64,000 nucleotides of DNA, taken from NCBI GenBank assembly GCA_965248355.1, contig OZ252098.1, forward strand, positions 416,001-480,000, read 5' to 3'. This DNA is from Candidatus Latescibacterota bacterium. GTDB taxonomy: Bacteria; Latescibacterota; UBA2968; UBA8231. A program made the position numbers and the translations under genes. Shown one piece after another: positions 9,150 through 21,366 of the stretch. Every line of letters begins with the position of its first letter. The first letter of the stretch is position 1. Below the pieces are notes generated by a model. The model saw only the letters and a program-made list of their open reading frames with translations. It ran no database searches and was not told the origin of the DNA.

Positions 9150-10459
9150 CGGACCCCCCTGGGCCGCCGCAGCCGCTCGCGCAGCCCGAGCAGGGAGCGG
9201 TCGAGGAAATGGGCGCGCACCAGCAGCAGCCCCAGCAGGCCGAAGAAGAGGTTCGGCGCCCACATGGCCACGCCCGGAGAGACGAAGCCGCGGTCGGCCA
9301 GGCGCTCGCCGCCGATGAGGAAGATCCAGTAGGCGAAGAAGAACAGCAGGCTCATCGATATGGAGGTGGTGGCCCCGCGGGCCCGGACGAGGGCCCCCAG
9401 GGGAGCGCCCACGAGGACGAAGACGACGCAGGCGAAGGGGATGGAGAACTTCTTGTGGACCTCCACGAGGTAGGCGTCGGCCCGCCGCTGGCGGCTGGCG
9501 TGCAGCCGCCAGTGCTTGTCGATCGAGGCGGCCACCCGCCGGGCGCGCTCCCGGAGACCGGTCGCCGCCGTGGAGTCGTCCCGAGCCTGCGCCAGGAAGG
9601 CTTCCACCGTGGAGTCGATGGCGGCGCGGGCGCGGGTGTTCTCGCGGCGGGCCCGGCCGGCGGCGTCGAGCATGGCGGCCACTCCCATCTCGCGGTCGGA
9701 GCGGTACGGGGAGCGGAAGGTGGACAGCTCCCGATCCCGGTCGCGGATGTGGACCACCTGGCGCCGGAAGCGGCCCCGGGTCAGACGGGCGGGGTCGCCG
9801 GCGTCGGCGCTGTGGACCTCGCCGTCCTCGAGGGTGAGGCGCACGTACCCGCCGTCGGCGAAGATCTCCAGGCGTCCCGAGTCGGCGCGCAGCGTCGTCG
9901 GGGGCCCGCTCTGTCCGGCGTCGTAGAGGGTGATGCCGTGCAGGCGGTTGGCGCCCTCGTCGACGCGGCCGATCAACAGGCTGTAGGGGCCGAGATCGCG
10001 GATGAAGACCCCCTCCTTCTCCTTGAGGACGAGGGCCGCCTTGCGGCGTTGCAGGCTGGTGGTCAGCTCCCGTGTCCGGTGGTTCGAGTCGGGCAGCACC
10101 TGGTCGTTGAACCACACCATGGTCAGGGTGAGCACCCCCGCGGCGGCCAGAACGGGGGCGAGGAGATGTCCGAAGCTGACCCCGGCGGCCTTCCACGCCA
10201 GGATCTCGTTGTCCGCGGCGAGCCGGCCGAAGACCATGAGCACGGAGATCAGCACCGCCATGGGGACCGCCAGGGCGACGATCCAGGCGAGGTTGCGGAG
10301 GAACAGTTCCACGGCGACGGCGCCGCCGATGCCCTTGCTCAGCAGCTGATCCAGCAGTTGCAGCATGACGTCGATCTCGAGGACGAACACGATCAGTCCG
10401 AAACCGAGAAGGAAGGCGTCCAGGTGCTGGCGCAGAAGATAGCGGGAGAGGGAAACCAA
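9146..10459 (-). CDS. lptF: LPS export ABC transporter permease LptF (LptF/LptG family)
   Basis: LSRYLLRQH, FGRLAADNEILAWKAAGVS, VEVHKKFSIPFAC, MWAPN. Confidence 0.87.
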   Translation of the reverse strand: MVSLSRYLLRQHLDAFLLGFGLIVFVLEIDVMLQLLDQLLSKGIGGAVAVELFLRNLAWIVALAVPMAVLISVLMVFGRLAADNEILAWKAAGVSFGHLLAPVLAAAGVLTLTMVWFNDQVLPDSNHRTRELTTSLQRRKAALVLKEKEGVFIRDLGPYSLLIGRVDEGANRLHGITLYDAGQSGPPTTLRADSGRLEIFADGGYVRLTLEDGEVHSADAGDPARLTRGRFRRQVVHIRDRDRELSTFRSPYRSDREMGVAAMLDAAGRARRENTRARAAIDSTVEAFLAQARDDSTAATGLRERARRVAASIDKHWRLHASRQRRADAYLVEVHKKFSIPFACVVFVLVGAPLGALVRARGATTSISMSLLFFFAYWIFLIGGERLADRGFVSPGVAMWAPNLFFGLLGLLLVRAHFLDRSLLGLRERLRRPRGVR

Positions 10460-10937
10460 GGAGCCGTATGATGGGTCTGTCTAGGAACCCGCCGGTGCCC
10501 GTCGGGGCCGCGGCCTGCGAAGAGGCTCCTGCGAAGGGCGCAGGGCCGGCGCAGGAGGGCGGTCCCGGGTGCCGTGGGTATCGTCGATGTGTGCGCGGGT
10601 TGCCACGCGGCTCATCCAATATACCACCGAGCCGCCGGCCGCATGGGAGGAACGGTTTTCGCTTGCCCCGACGGGCGGCGCCCCCCACCGGCAAGGCGGC
10701 CTCTCCGATTGCTGGATCACGCTCCCTCCCGTAGGTTCACAGAGGGTCATGGCGTCATTCGCCGTCCCATCCCCCGAGTCCCAGATCAGCCTCCTGGCCG
10801 GCCCACCGGATGCCTCGACGGCCGTCGACGCTCCGGGGTACGTCTCCGCGCCCTGCCGGGGACCCGCCAGCCGGGCGATCCACCCGCCGAAGGCCGGCGG
10901 CGCCCGCCGCCGGCTCTAGGGGAACCGACGCCCGCCC

Positions 10938-13900
10938 GTGCCCGCAAGCGACGCTACCATCCCGAACCTGGTCCCGGGTGGCCCCCCGAGGATCGGGCTC
11001 TCCCTGGGCGGCGCTCTCCTCGGCCTTCTCGCTCTCGCCCCCCTGCCCGCCTGGTCCGGCCTCGGCCTCGAGCCGCCTCCGTACGGCCCCGTCCAGGGGA
11101 TCTTCCGCGATCCGGCGCCCTACGGCGACTTCCGGCGGGGGGCGCCCATGCTGCGCCTGAGGCCCCCGGCGGAGCCGCTGGTGGAATCGAGCACCGGCTT
11201 CACCAGCAAGCAGGTGACCGTCGACTCCTCCGGGGCCCACTGGCAGCCCCGGACGGCCGGATTCGACCACGGCGTCCCGATCACGCTTTCCCTGGGCCGT
11301 TACCTCGAGCTGGGGAACCGCCACCTCTACCGGACGAAGTGGCGGCAGAGGGTCCGCGACGACATGCGCCGGGAGACCCGCATGGGGGAAGGGCGGCGGG
11401 GACGCCTGGAGTGGCGGGTGCCGATCCCGGCGCCGCCGGTCGTGAGGCGGTTCATAGGAGATGAGGGCTCGCTGCGCATCAACGGCTCTCACACCGCCTC
11501 GATCGGCGGCAAGAGCAGCTGGACGGCGGACGACGTGCAGACCCTGGCGGGCGGATCGTCGAAGTTCCCGGCCCTGAGCATGGACCAGGAATCGGACTTC
11601 TCCGTGGAAGGCAAGGTGGGGGAGGCGATCAACATCCGCATCAACCAGGACACCAAGGGCCTGGCCAGTTCCTTCGGCCAGAACCTGCAGGATCAACTCA
11701 ACCAGATCAAGCTCGACTACCAGGGCGACGAGGACGACATCTTCCAGGAGGTGCAGGCGGGCAACACCACCTTGTCGCTGCCGAACACGCGGTTCGTCGG
11801 CTTCAACCAGCAGCACAAGGGCCTGTTCGGAATCCGGGCCAAGGGGAGCCTCGGGCCCCTGCGCTTCACCACCATCGCCAGCCACGAGAAGAGCGAGTCC
11901 AACCGCCAGAGCTTTCGCGGCGGCGCCCAGGTCGACACCACGGAGATCCGCGACTACGAGTACGTGCGCAACCAGTTCTTCTATCTCGACGCGGTCTACA
12001 AGGAGGGCCTGCAGGACTACGCCGAGGTCTCCACCTCCGACTTCCAACCCGAGGACCCGGTGGACGAGCGCACCCTGCAGGTCTACGTGAACGACTTCAA
12101 CGTCAACAACGACGCCGTGCAGCTGGCGCGGCCCGGCCGCGCCCAGACCGACCTGGCCGACGCCGGCAACGACTCGACGGGCCACCGCGAGGTCGGCACC
12201 TGGCACCGCCTCGACCCGGACGACGACTACATCCTGGACGGCGTCCTGGGCTCCATCACCTTGCGCTCACCGGTGCAGGAGCGTCACGCTCTCGCCGTGA
12301 CCTACCGCACCCTCGGGGGCCGCGAGGTGGGCACCGCCGGCGCCGACCGCGACTCCGTGCAGCTCAAGCTCATAAAGGCCCGCGACGCCCGGCCCGGTTT
12401 TCCCACGTGGGACCTGGAGTGGAAGAACGTGTACCGCATCGTGCGAGGGTTCGCCCGGGGGCGGCAGTTCGACCGCCAGCGGATCCGCGTGGAGATCCTG
12501 CGCGAGGTGCCGGGACGGGAACCGGAGACCACCCAGGGCGGGCGCTCCTTCCTGCGGCTCATGGGGCTCGACACCCACGGGCAGGACGCGGGCACCCCGC
12601 CGGACCAGATCGTCGACGCCGACTACGACGGCCTCCGCGAAGACCTGGGGGTGCTGATCTTTCCCGACCAGCGCCCCTTCGATCCCCAGCTCTCGAGGTA
12701 CGACCTGGAGACGAAGGTCCCGGAGATCTACGACACCGAGCAGCACCGCGACCACGTCGAGGCGAGCCGCTACATCATCCAGGTGATCAACAGCTCCTCG
12801 GAGCAGCGCATCAACCTGACCCAGGGCCGGCTGACGACGATCGACGTGGAGTCCGTCCAGGTCCGCCTCGACGGCCGCCAGTTGAAGCCGAACGTGGACT
12901 ACAGCGTGACCTACACCGGGGAGGTGCAGTTCCTCGGCGCCGCGGCCGACCAGGTCGCCGATCCCGCCGCCGACCTGGAGATCACCTTCGAGAGCCAGGA
13001 CCTCATCGGCCTCGGACGCCAGCAGAAGACCCTGCTCGGCACCCGGGGGGAGTACGAGTTCCTCGGCGGCGACGGCGTCGTCGGCGGGACCCTCATCTAC
13101 AACAACCAGAGCGGCGACAGGCGGGTCCGCGTCGGCTCCGAGCCGGCCCGCACCGTGCTCTGGGACATGGACGTGCGGGCCACCTTCGGGGCGCCCCTGC
13201 TGACGCGCGCCGTCGACGCCCTGCCCCTGCTCAAGACGGCCGAGGCCTCGAAGGTGACCGTGCAGGCCGAGATCGCCCAGAGCCGGCCGAACCTCAACAC
13301 CCGGGGCAAGGCCTTCATCGACGACTTCGAGGGCTCCGAGCGCTCCACGGTCCTGCCCGTGTTCTACTCCCGCTGGACGCCGGCCAGCGTCCCCACGGAG
13401 GGGGAGCTGGACTCGGCCAACCGCGGCCCGACGCTCTGGTACAACCCCTACGACCGCGTGCAGCGGACCTCCATCTGGCCAGGCCAGCGGGACCAGATCG
13501 AGGCCAGGAATGAGCAGACCGACGTGCTCACCCTGAAGGTCACGCCTCCGCAGGACGCGGGGCTGACGACCTGGGGCGGGGTGATGACGGTCTTCACAGG
13601 CGTGCGCGACTTCTCCCAGTCGAAGTTCGTCGGCATCTGGCTGCGCGGGCAGAGCGGCTCCGTGCACCTCGATCTCGGCGACCTCAGCGAGGACTGGATC
13701 GCCAACGGCCGCATCGACACCGAGGACGTTCCCCTGCGCGGCCGCTCCATCGGGGACGGGACGCTCTCGACGGAGGAGGACATCGGCGTCGACGGCCGCA
13801 CCGACGAGGAGGAGCTCGACCACTACCTGACGCGGGAAACGGAGGTGACCGCCGAGGAGCTGGAGGGGCTGAGCCTGACCGAGAAACGCAACCGCTTCGG

Positions 13901-16900
13901 CGATCTCATCCGCGCCCTCGACCGGGACCCGTCCGACCCGGAGGGGGACAACTGGGACTACGACCCGACCCGGGACCGCTACAACTACACCCGCTACAAC
14001 GGCACCCAGGGCAACCAGCGCGTGCGCGAGCAGCCGGACACGGAGGACCTGAACGGCGACGGCAACCTCAACCAGCGCAACGACTACTATCACTACGAGA
14101 TCGACCTGGCCGGGGATCCCCACGAGCCGGGCACCTGCAGCGAGCCGGAGATCGGCGGCGAGTGCCGCGGCTGGCGCCTCTTCCGCCTGCGCCTCTTCGA
14201 CGAGTCGGTGCGGCGGGTGGGCTCGCCCGACTCGAGCCGCATCGAGTACGCCCGCTTCCTCTTTCTCACCGAGAACCAGCCGGGCTCGGCCGACAGCGTC
14301 GTCATCGCGCGGGTGGAGATCGCCGTCAACGAGTGGCTGGGGGAGGGCGTCTCCAGGCACGATCCGGACGCCTTCGAGGTCTCCGAGGAGGAGCTCTTCG
14401 AGGTCGACGTGATCGGCACCGACGAGAACCTGAGCTACAAGCCGCCGCCGGGCGTCAAGGGCCAGCGCTCCACGACCTCCCGGGTGCGCGAGCCCGAGCA
14501 GTCCCTGGTTCTCGACTACGCGCGGCTCGGGGCCGGCCACGAGGCGTCGGCCACGCGGGTGCTGACGAGGAACTCGGACTACACCAAGTACCACCGGCTG
14601 CGCATGTTCGCCCACGGCGACTCGACCGCCGCCTACGTGGTCACTCCCGACTCCAGCGACCTGGAGCTGTTCCTGAGGTTCGGGCGCGACGATCTCAACT
14701 ACTACGAGTACGTGACGCCTCTGTTCCCCGGCTGGGACGAACGCAACGAGGTGGAGATCGACCTGCGGCTCATGGCGCGGCTGAAGGCGGAGCTGGAGGG
14801 GCGCGTCGACACCACCACCGGCCTGGAGCTCACCGAGCTGGACACGGTGGTCGCCGATCCCGCCGTGCGCGACGGAGCCGCGGCCGTCTACCGGGTCAGT
14901 GGGACGCCCTCCATGCAGCAGGTGCGCCAGTTGCGCCTGGGTCTGCGCAACCGCAGCGACCGCGGCTCCTTCACCGGCTCCGCGTACGTGGACGAGCTGC
15001 GCCTCGACAAGGCTCGCAACGACCCCGGCGCGGCCGCCTACGCGCGGATCAACACCCAGCTGGCCGACTTCATGGACGTGGACGCCGCCGTCGACTGGCG
15101 GGCGGAGAACTACCGCACCATCACGAACACGGGGCGAAAGAGCGCCGACCTGAGGACGACCCTGTCGACGACGACGCACCTCAACAAGGTTCTGCCGGGG
15201 AGCTGGGGCTTCTCGGTGCCCGTGAAGTTCACCCTGAGCCGCAGCCTGAGCCTGCCGCGCTTCGCGCCGAACTCCGACGTGGAGCTCACTCCCGCCGAGA
15301 AGGACTCCATGCGCTCCGAGCAGCTGAAGCGCTTCGTCGAGGTCTCGGTGAGCAAGCGGGCCGGCAAGCACTGGGCGGCGAGGTGGACGATCGACCAGAT
15401 GAACCTGCGCTGGTCCAGCTCCGTCGACGATCGGCTCTCGCCGGTGACCCCTCTCGACTCCCGGGAGGGGCAGACCGCCTCCTTCCGGTACAAGATGCCT
15501 CTGCCCAAGCCGAAGTGGAAGTACCTGGACTGGCTGCCCGAATACATGCCCAAGTCCCTGCGCACCTCGGAGCTGATGCCCCTGCCGGCGACGGCGAGCT
15601 ACTCGGTGAACGTCAACCGCCAGGAGAGCACGACCTGGAGGACGACGCAGCTCGACACGACCTTCAACGAGGTCTTCACCCTGAAGGAGAGCTACGCCAC
15701 GAAGGTCAATCCCCTGCGCTCGCTCACCTCCGACTACAGCCTGCAGGTCAACCGCGACCTGCGAAAGAAGTACGAGCCCCGGTCCCTGGCCTTCGGCCGC
15801 GAGGTGGGCCGCAACCAGAAGGCCGACGTGCGGCTGCAGCTGCGCTGGGTGCGGTGGCTGGATCCGACCGTCAACTTCCAGGCCAACTACCAGGAGGACA
15901 GCGATCCCCGCCGCAGCCGGCAGACCGCCTTCACCGACACCGTGGACGGTCAGCTCCGGGTGGTCAAGACCCTGGACATCACCTCCAGGAACACCTTCTC
16001 CACCCGGGTCAACGTGCGTCTGCCGGACCTGCTCAAGGCCGTCGGCGCCCAAGGACGGAAGGGGCGCCCCAGGGGCGGACCCGCCCGCCGCGGGTCGGCG
16101 GAGAACCAGGAAGAGAAGGAGAAGGAGAAGGAGAAGGAGCCGGGGCAGCCGTTCTTCCTGCGCCGGTTCCTGCACTTCTCGGCCGGGTACGTCGAGCCCT
16201 TCAGCTACACCTGGCGGCGCAAAACCGACGCCCGGAACTACAACCTGATCGAGCGTCCGCCCCTGCCCTACCAGCTCGGCTTCGGGGACAGTCTGCAGGT
16301 CGAGCAGCGCAGCGCCGGACTGACCCGGCGGGATACCTGGAGCCGCTCCGCGAACACCGACCTGAGCTCCGGGCTGCGGCTGCCCCTCGGCTTCAGCCTC
16401 AAGCCGACCTACAAGGAGCAGGTGTCGTGGCGTTCGGGCAGCACCCAGAACCGGCTTCGGGTCGAGCGCTCGCTGACCTATCCGGGCATCACCGTGGCCT
16501 GGTCGAGGGCGGACCGGGTCCCGGTGCTGCGGCGCTACCTCAACAGCGCCCAGGTGAACCTGCGCATGCAGTCGACCCGCTCCCAGCAAGCCGAAGGCAG
16601 CCTGCGGCCGGCGAACCTGATCGAGGAGAGCACGAAGCAGGAGTGGACGGCCTCGTGGACGGGACAGTGGCGGATCGGCCCGACCACCCGGCTGGAGATG
16701 CGCCGGACCCGGGACGAGTCCGTCAACTACGAGCTGGTCGACCTCTCCAGCGGCGAGGTCTCCCTCGAGCAGCGGCCGCCGCTGCGCGGCAAGGGGCTGA
16801 ACGAGCGGAGCTCCGCGAGTCTCGAGACCCGCTACAAGCTGCGGCCTCGCAAGCTGCCCCTCATCGGCCGGCTGAAGAGCAACCTGGACCTCAAGCTCTC

Positions 16901-17123
16901 CCTCACCCTGGAGAACCGGTCCCGGGAGAACGCCACGGGCGAGCAGGAACTGGTGCTCTTCGACTCCAGCGGGCGCTGGGAGGCCCGCCTCGACGGCAGC
17001 TACAACTTCAGCGACAGCTTCCGGGGCAGCGGCGTGATCCGCCTCGAGAACCGCACCCCCCAAAATGGCCGCACGCGCAAGGTTCGCGAGGTGCGGTTCG
17101 GGGGGACCCTGTTCTTCAAGTAG
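10938..17123 (+). CDS. sprA: Type IX secretion outer-membrane translocon SprA/Sov homolog (2061 aa)
   Basis: Signal peptide; IKLDYQGDEDDI, AGNTTLSLP, GLFGI, FIDDFEGS, LDLGDLSED, PDTEDLNGDG, WRLFRL motifs; beta-strand-rich C-terminus ending LFFK. Confidence 0.88.
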   Translation: MPASDATIPNLVPGGPPRIGLSLGGALLGLLALAPLPAWSGLGLEPPPYGPVQGIFRDPAPYGDFRRGAPMLRLRPPAEPLVESSTGFTSKQVTVDSSGAHWQPRTAGFDHGVPITLSLGRYLELGNRHLYRTKWRQRVRDDMRRETRMGEGRRGRLEWRVPIPAPPVVRRFIGDEGSLRINGSHTASIGGKSSWTADDVQTLAGGSSKFPALSMDQESDFSVEGKVGEAINIRINQDTKGLASSFGQNLQDQLNQIKLDYQGDEDDIFQEVQAGNTTLSLPNTRFVGFNQQHKGLFGIRAKGSLGPLRFTTIASHEKSESNRQSFRGGAQVDTTEIRDYEYVRNQFFYLDAVYKEGLQDYAEVSTSDFQPEDPVDERTLQVYVNDFNVNNDAVQLARPGRAQTDLADAGNDSTGHREVGTWHRLDPDDDYILDGVLGSITLRSPVQERHALAVTYRTLGGREVGTAGADRDSVQLKLIKARDARPGFPTWDLEWKNVYRIVRGFARGRQFDRQRIRVEILREVPGREPETTQGGRSFLRLMGLDTHGQDAGTPPDQIVDADYDGLREDLGVLIFPDQRPFDPQLSRYDLETKVPEIYDTEQHRDHVEASRYIIQVINSSSEQRINLTQGRLTTIDVESVQVRLDGRQLKPNVDYSVTYTGEVQFLGAAADQVADPAADLEITFESQDLIGLGRQQKTLLGTRGEYEFLGGDGVVGGTLIYNNQSGDRRVRVGSEPARTVLWDMDVRATFGAPLLTRAVDALPLLKTAEASKVTVQAEIAQSRPNLNTRGKAFIDDFEGSERSTVLPVFYSRWTPASVPTEGELDSANRGPTLWYNPYDRVQRTSIWPGQRDQIEARNEQTDVLTLKVTPPQDAGLTTWGGVMTVFTGVRDFSQSKFVGIWLRGQSGSVHLDLGDLSEDWIANGRIDTEDVPLRGRSIGDGTLSTEEDIGVDGRTDEEELDHYLTRETEVTAEELEGLSLTEKRNRFGDLIRALDRDPSDPEGDNWDYDPTRDRYNYTRYNGTQGNQRVREQPDTEDLNGDGNLNQRNDYYHYEIDLAGDPHEPGTCSEPEIGGECRGWRLFRLRLFDESVRRVGSPDSSRIEYARFLFLTENQPGSADSVVIARVEIAVNEWLGEGVSRHDPDAFEVSEEELFEVDVIGTDENLSYKPPPGVKGQRSTTSRVREPEQSLVLDYARLGAGHEASATRVLTRNSDYTKYHRLRMFAHGDSTAAYVVTPDSSDLELFLRFGRDDLNYYEYVTPLFPGWDERNEVEIDLRLMARLKAELEGRVDTTTGLELTELDTVVADPAVRDGAAAVYRVSGTPSMQQVRQLRLGLRNRSDRGSFTGSAYVDELRLDKARNDPGAAAYARINTQLADFMDVDAAVDWRAENYRTITNTGRKSADLRTTLSTTTHLNKVLPGSWGFSVPVKFTLSRSLSLPRFAPNSDVELTPAEKDSMRSEQLKRFVEVSVSKRAGKHWAARWTIDQMNLRWSSSVDDRLSPVTPLDSREGQTASFRYKMPLPKPKWKYLDWLPEYMPKSLRTSELMPLPATASYSVNVNRQESTTWRTTQLDTTFNEVFTLKESYATKVNPLRSLTSDYSLQVNRDLRKKYEPRSLAFGREVGRNQKADVRLQLRWVRWLDPTVNFQANYQEDSDPRRSRQTAFTDTVDGQLRVVKTLDITSRNTFSTRVNVRLPDLLKAVGAQGRKGRPRGGPARRGSAENQEEKEKEKEKEPGQPFFLRRFLHFSAGYVEPFSYTWRRKTDARNYNLIERPPLPYQLGFGDSLQVEQRSAGLTRRDTWSRSANTDLSSGLRLPLGFSLKPTYKEQVSWRSGSTQNRLRVERSLTYPGITVAWSRADRVPVLRRYLNSAQVNLRMQSTRSQQAEGSLRPANLIEESTKQEWTASWTGQWRIGPTTRLEMRRTRDESVNYELVDLSSGEVSLEQRPPLRGKGLNERSSASLETRYKLRPRKLPLIGRLKSNLDLKLSLTLENRSRENATGEQELVLFDSSGRWEARLDGSYNFSDSFRGSGVIRLENRTPQNGRTRKVREVRFGGTLFFK

Positions 17124-17146
17124 CCGCCGCCGGGAGGGGGACTATC

Positions 17147-17524
17147 TTGATACACCTGAATCGCCAGGAGCAGGCGGCCGTGTTGTTCCTCAGCGGCGCC
17201 CTGCTGGTCGGGTCGGCGGTGGCCGTCGTCGATCACTACCGCCCCGACCGGCTCGAGAACTTCCACGTCGTCCGGGAGGCCGTCGAGGTGCCGCCTCCGG
17301 CGCCCGAGGCGATCGTCCACCTCCCTCCGAGAATCGTCTCCATCAACCACGCCACGCCAGCCGAGTTGGAGAGCCTGCCCCACATCGGGCCGAAGACGGC
17401 GGCGGCCATCATCGGCCACCGCGAGGCGAAGGGCCCCTTCGCCTCCGTGGACGACCTGACCGCCGTCAAGGGGATCGGACCGCGCACCGTGGAGCGGCTG
17501 CGCCCCCTGGTCACGGCGGACTGA
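17147..17524 (+). CDS. comEA: ComEA-type helix-hairpin-helix DNA-binding protein
   Basis: N-terminal TM; INHATPAELESLPHIGPKTAAAII...GPFASVDDLTAVKGIGPRT. Confidence 0.85.
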   Translation: MIHLNRQEQAAVLFLSGALLVGSAVAVVDHYRPDRLENFHVVREAVEVPPPAPEAIVHLPPRIVSINHATPAELESLPHIGPKTAAAIIGHREAKGPFASVDDLTAVKGIGPRTVERLRPLVTAD

Positions 17525-17533
17525 GCGGATCTC

Positions 17534-18442
17534 GTGCCAGGCTGGCGCGCTACGACCCACACCGGGATCCACATCGGCGCCCATGCCGTGTACGCCGTCG
17601 GGCTCACCCGCCGGCGGGGCCGGCTGTCGCTCACCCACTGTGCGGCCGTCGATCTCGAGCGCGCGCCGCGTCTCCCGGAGCAGCTGGCCGACGAGGGCGG
17701 CCGACGCCCGCTCGCCGGCGCCCTGCGCGAGCTGAGGTCCGGTGGCCTGCCGCGGGGACGCCCCTATCTCGCCCTGACGGGACCGGCCGTCCTTGTCAAG
17801 CGCCGCCCGGCCCTGCCGGGGGCCGTGGCCGGGAGCCGCGACCACCTGCGCTGGGAGGCGGGCCAGCTGCTGGGCGACGACCTGAAGGACTACGTGGTCG
17901 ACTTCCTCGTGACCCGCCGCCACGGGTTCGTGGTCGCCGCCCGCCGGCAGCTTCTGGACCGGTGGCGGGCCCTCTGCGAGGAGTCCGGCGTCGGCGCTCC
18001 CGGGTTCGACATGGCCTCGCTGGCCCTGTGCAAGGCCCTGGAGGCCAGCGGCGCGGCCTCGGGCCAAGGCGACGAGCTGATCGTCCACGGCGAAGCCTGC
18101 GGAGCCCGCGCGGTGCTGCTGCGAGAAGGGGAGTACGAGGCCGAGAGGGTATGGTCCGGCGGCGGGCAAGGCGGCGACGGCCTGGCCGGCTGCCTGGCGA
18201 GGATGTGCGAGGAAGAGCTCGGGCCAGGGAAGGGGCCCGAGGCCCTGTGGCTCAGCGGACCCGAGGCGCCCGGCCACGCCAGGGTGCTGGCCGGTCTCGC
18301 CGGGAAAGTGGCCGTCCTCGATCCCTTCGGCGGTCTGAAGCCGTCGCCCGGGGCCTCCCTGGCATTGTCGCCCGGCGGACGCCCGTCGTGCGCCTTCGCC
18401 GTGGCCGCCGGACTCGCGTACCGCTCCGCCTCCGAGGACTAG
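17534..18442 (+). CDS. PilM-like (actin-fold) pilus assembly protein, divergent
   Basis: GIHIG (cf. GLDIG), LRWEA..LL....DYVVDF, VVAAR, VLDPF, FAVAAGLAYR. Confidence 0.6.
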   Translation: MPGWRATTHTGIHIGAHAVYAVGLTRRRGRLSLTHCAAVDLERAPRLPEQLADEGGRRPLAGALRELRSGGLPRGRPYLALTGPAVLVKRRPALPGAVAGSRDHLRWEAGQLLGDDLKDYVVDFLVTRRHGFVVAARRQLLDRWRALCEESGVGAPGFDMASLALCKALEASGAASGQGDELIVHGEACGARAVLLREGEYEAERVWSGGGQGGDGLAGCLARMCEEELGPGKGPEALWLSGPEAPGHARVLAGLAGKVAVLDPFGGLKPSPGASLALSPGGRPSCAFAVAAGLAYRSASED

Positions 18443-18481
18443 AACCCTGATCTCCACTGCGGAATCCGCCGAGGAGGAACC

Positions 18482-18964
18482 ATGAGCCGCGCCGTCTATC
18501 CGGGCAGCTTCGACCCGATCACCCGGGGTCACCTGAACATCATCGAGCGCGCGCTGGACATGTACGACGGCCTCGTCGTGCTGCTGGCCGTGAACCCCGA
18601 CAAGAGGTCGACCTTCACCGACGAGGAGAACCTGACCATGATCCGCGAGGCCACCGCCCACTGGCCCCAGGTCGAGGTGGACGCCACCGACGGCCTGCTC
18701 GTCCACTACGCGCGCGCCCACGGCATCCGCCAGGCCGTGCGCGGACTGCGGGCGGTGACCGACTTCGAGGCCGAGTTCTCCATGGCCCTGATGAACCGCA
18801 GTCTGTGGGAGGTGTTCGATACCGTCTACCTGATGACGAGCGCCGAGTACATGTACCTGCGGTCGTCCACGGTGAAGCAGGTGGCCGAGCACGGCGGCGA
18901 CGTGAGCCGCTTCGTGCCGCCGGGCGTGGTGAGGCGCCTCAAGGAGAGGTTCGGCCACCGCTAG
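18482..18964 (+). CDS. coaD: Phosphopantetheine adenylyltransferase
   Basis: YPGSFDPITRGH, RGLRAVTDFEAE, SSTVK. Confidence 0.97.
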   Translation: MSRAVYPGSFDPITRGHLNIIERALDMYDGLVVLLAVNPDKRSTFTDEENLTMIREATAHWPQVEVDATDGLLVHYARAHGIRQAVRGLRAVTDFEAEFSMALMNRSLWEVFDTVYLMTSAEYMYLRSSTVKQVAEHGGDVSRFVPPGVVRRLKERFGHR

Positions 18965-21087
<2,123 letters not shown>

Positions 21088-21126
21088 CCGGGTCCACTGT
21101 CGGCGAAAGACGCTCGGAACCCTCGC

Positions 21127-21366
21127 TCAGGGAATCCTGCGCGAAGGCCCGCCCTTGCCGGGCCCCTCGGCGTCGTCGGCGTCGATCTGCAGGAGCCCGG
21201 GCTCCCCGTGGTTCTCCCCTTCGTCTCCGGGACCGCAACTGGGGCAGGCGCCGCAGGCGCCGGCAACCCGGGAGAAGAAGGGGCGCAGCCAGCCAAACAG
21301 GAGGAATACCGCGCAGGCGCCGGCGAGGAGGATGGTCAGGGGGGTCTGCCAGTCCACGGGAGTCAC
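21127..21366 (-). CDS. FeoB-associated Cys-rich membrane peptide
   Basis: GTG start overlaps feoB stop; single TM followed by CGACPSC. Confidence 0.7.
   Translation of the reverse strand: MTPVDWQTPLTILLAGACAVFLLFGWLRPFFSRVAGACGACPSCGPGDEGENHGEPGLLQIDADDAEGPGKGGPSRRIP

Noticed and set aside
10460-10937. Long lptF-sprA intergenic region as a possible ncRNA/riboswitch or small ORF
   Set aside because: No recognisable RNA family motif or convincing ORF; an Infernal/Rfam search would be needed.
16113-16139. (GAGAAG)n microsatellite in sprA; similar short repeats at 6305-6334 and 61254-61273
   Set aside because: Unit lengths are multiples of 3 in low-complexity linkers, so no phase-variation potential.
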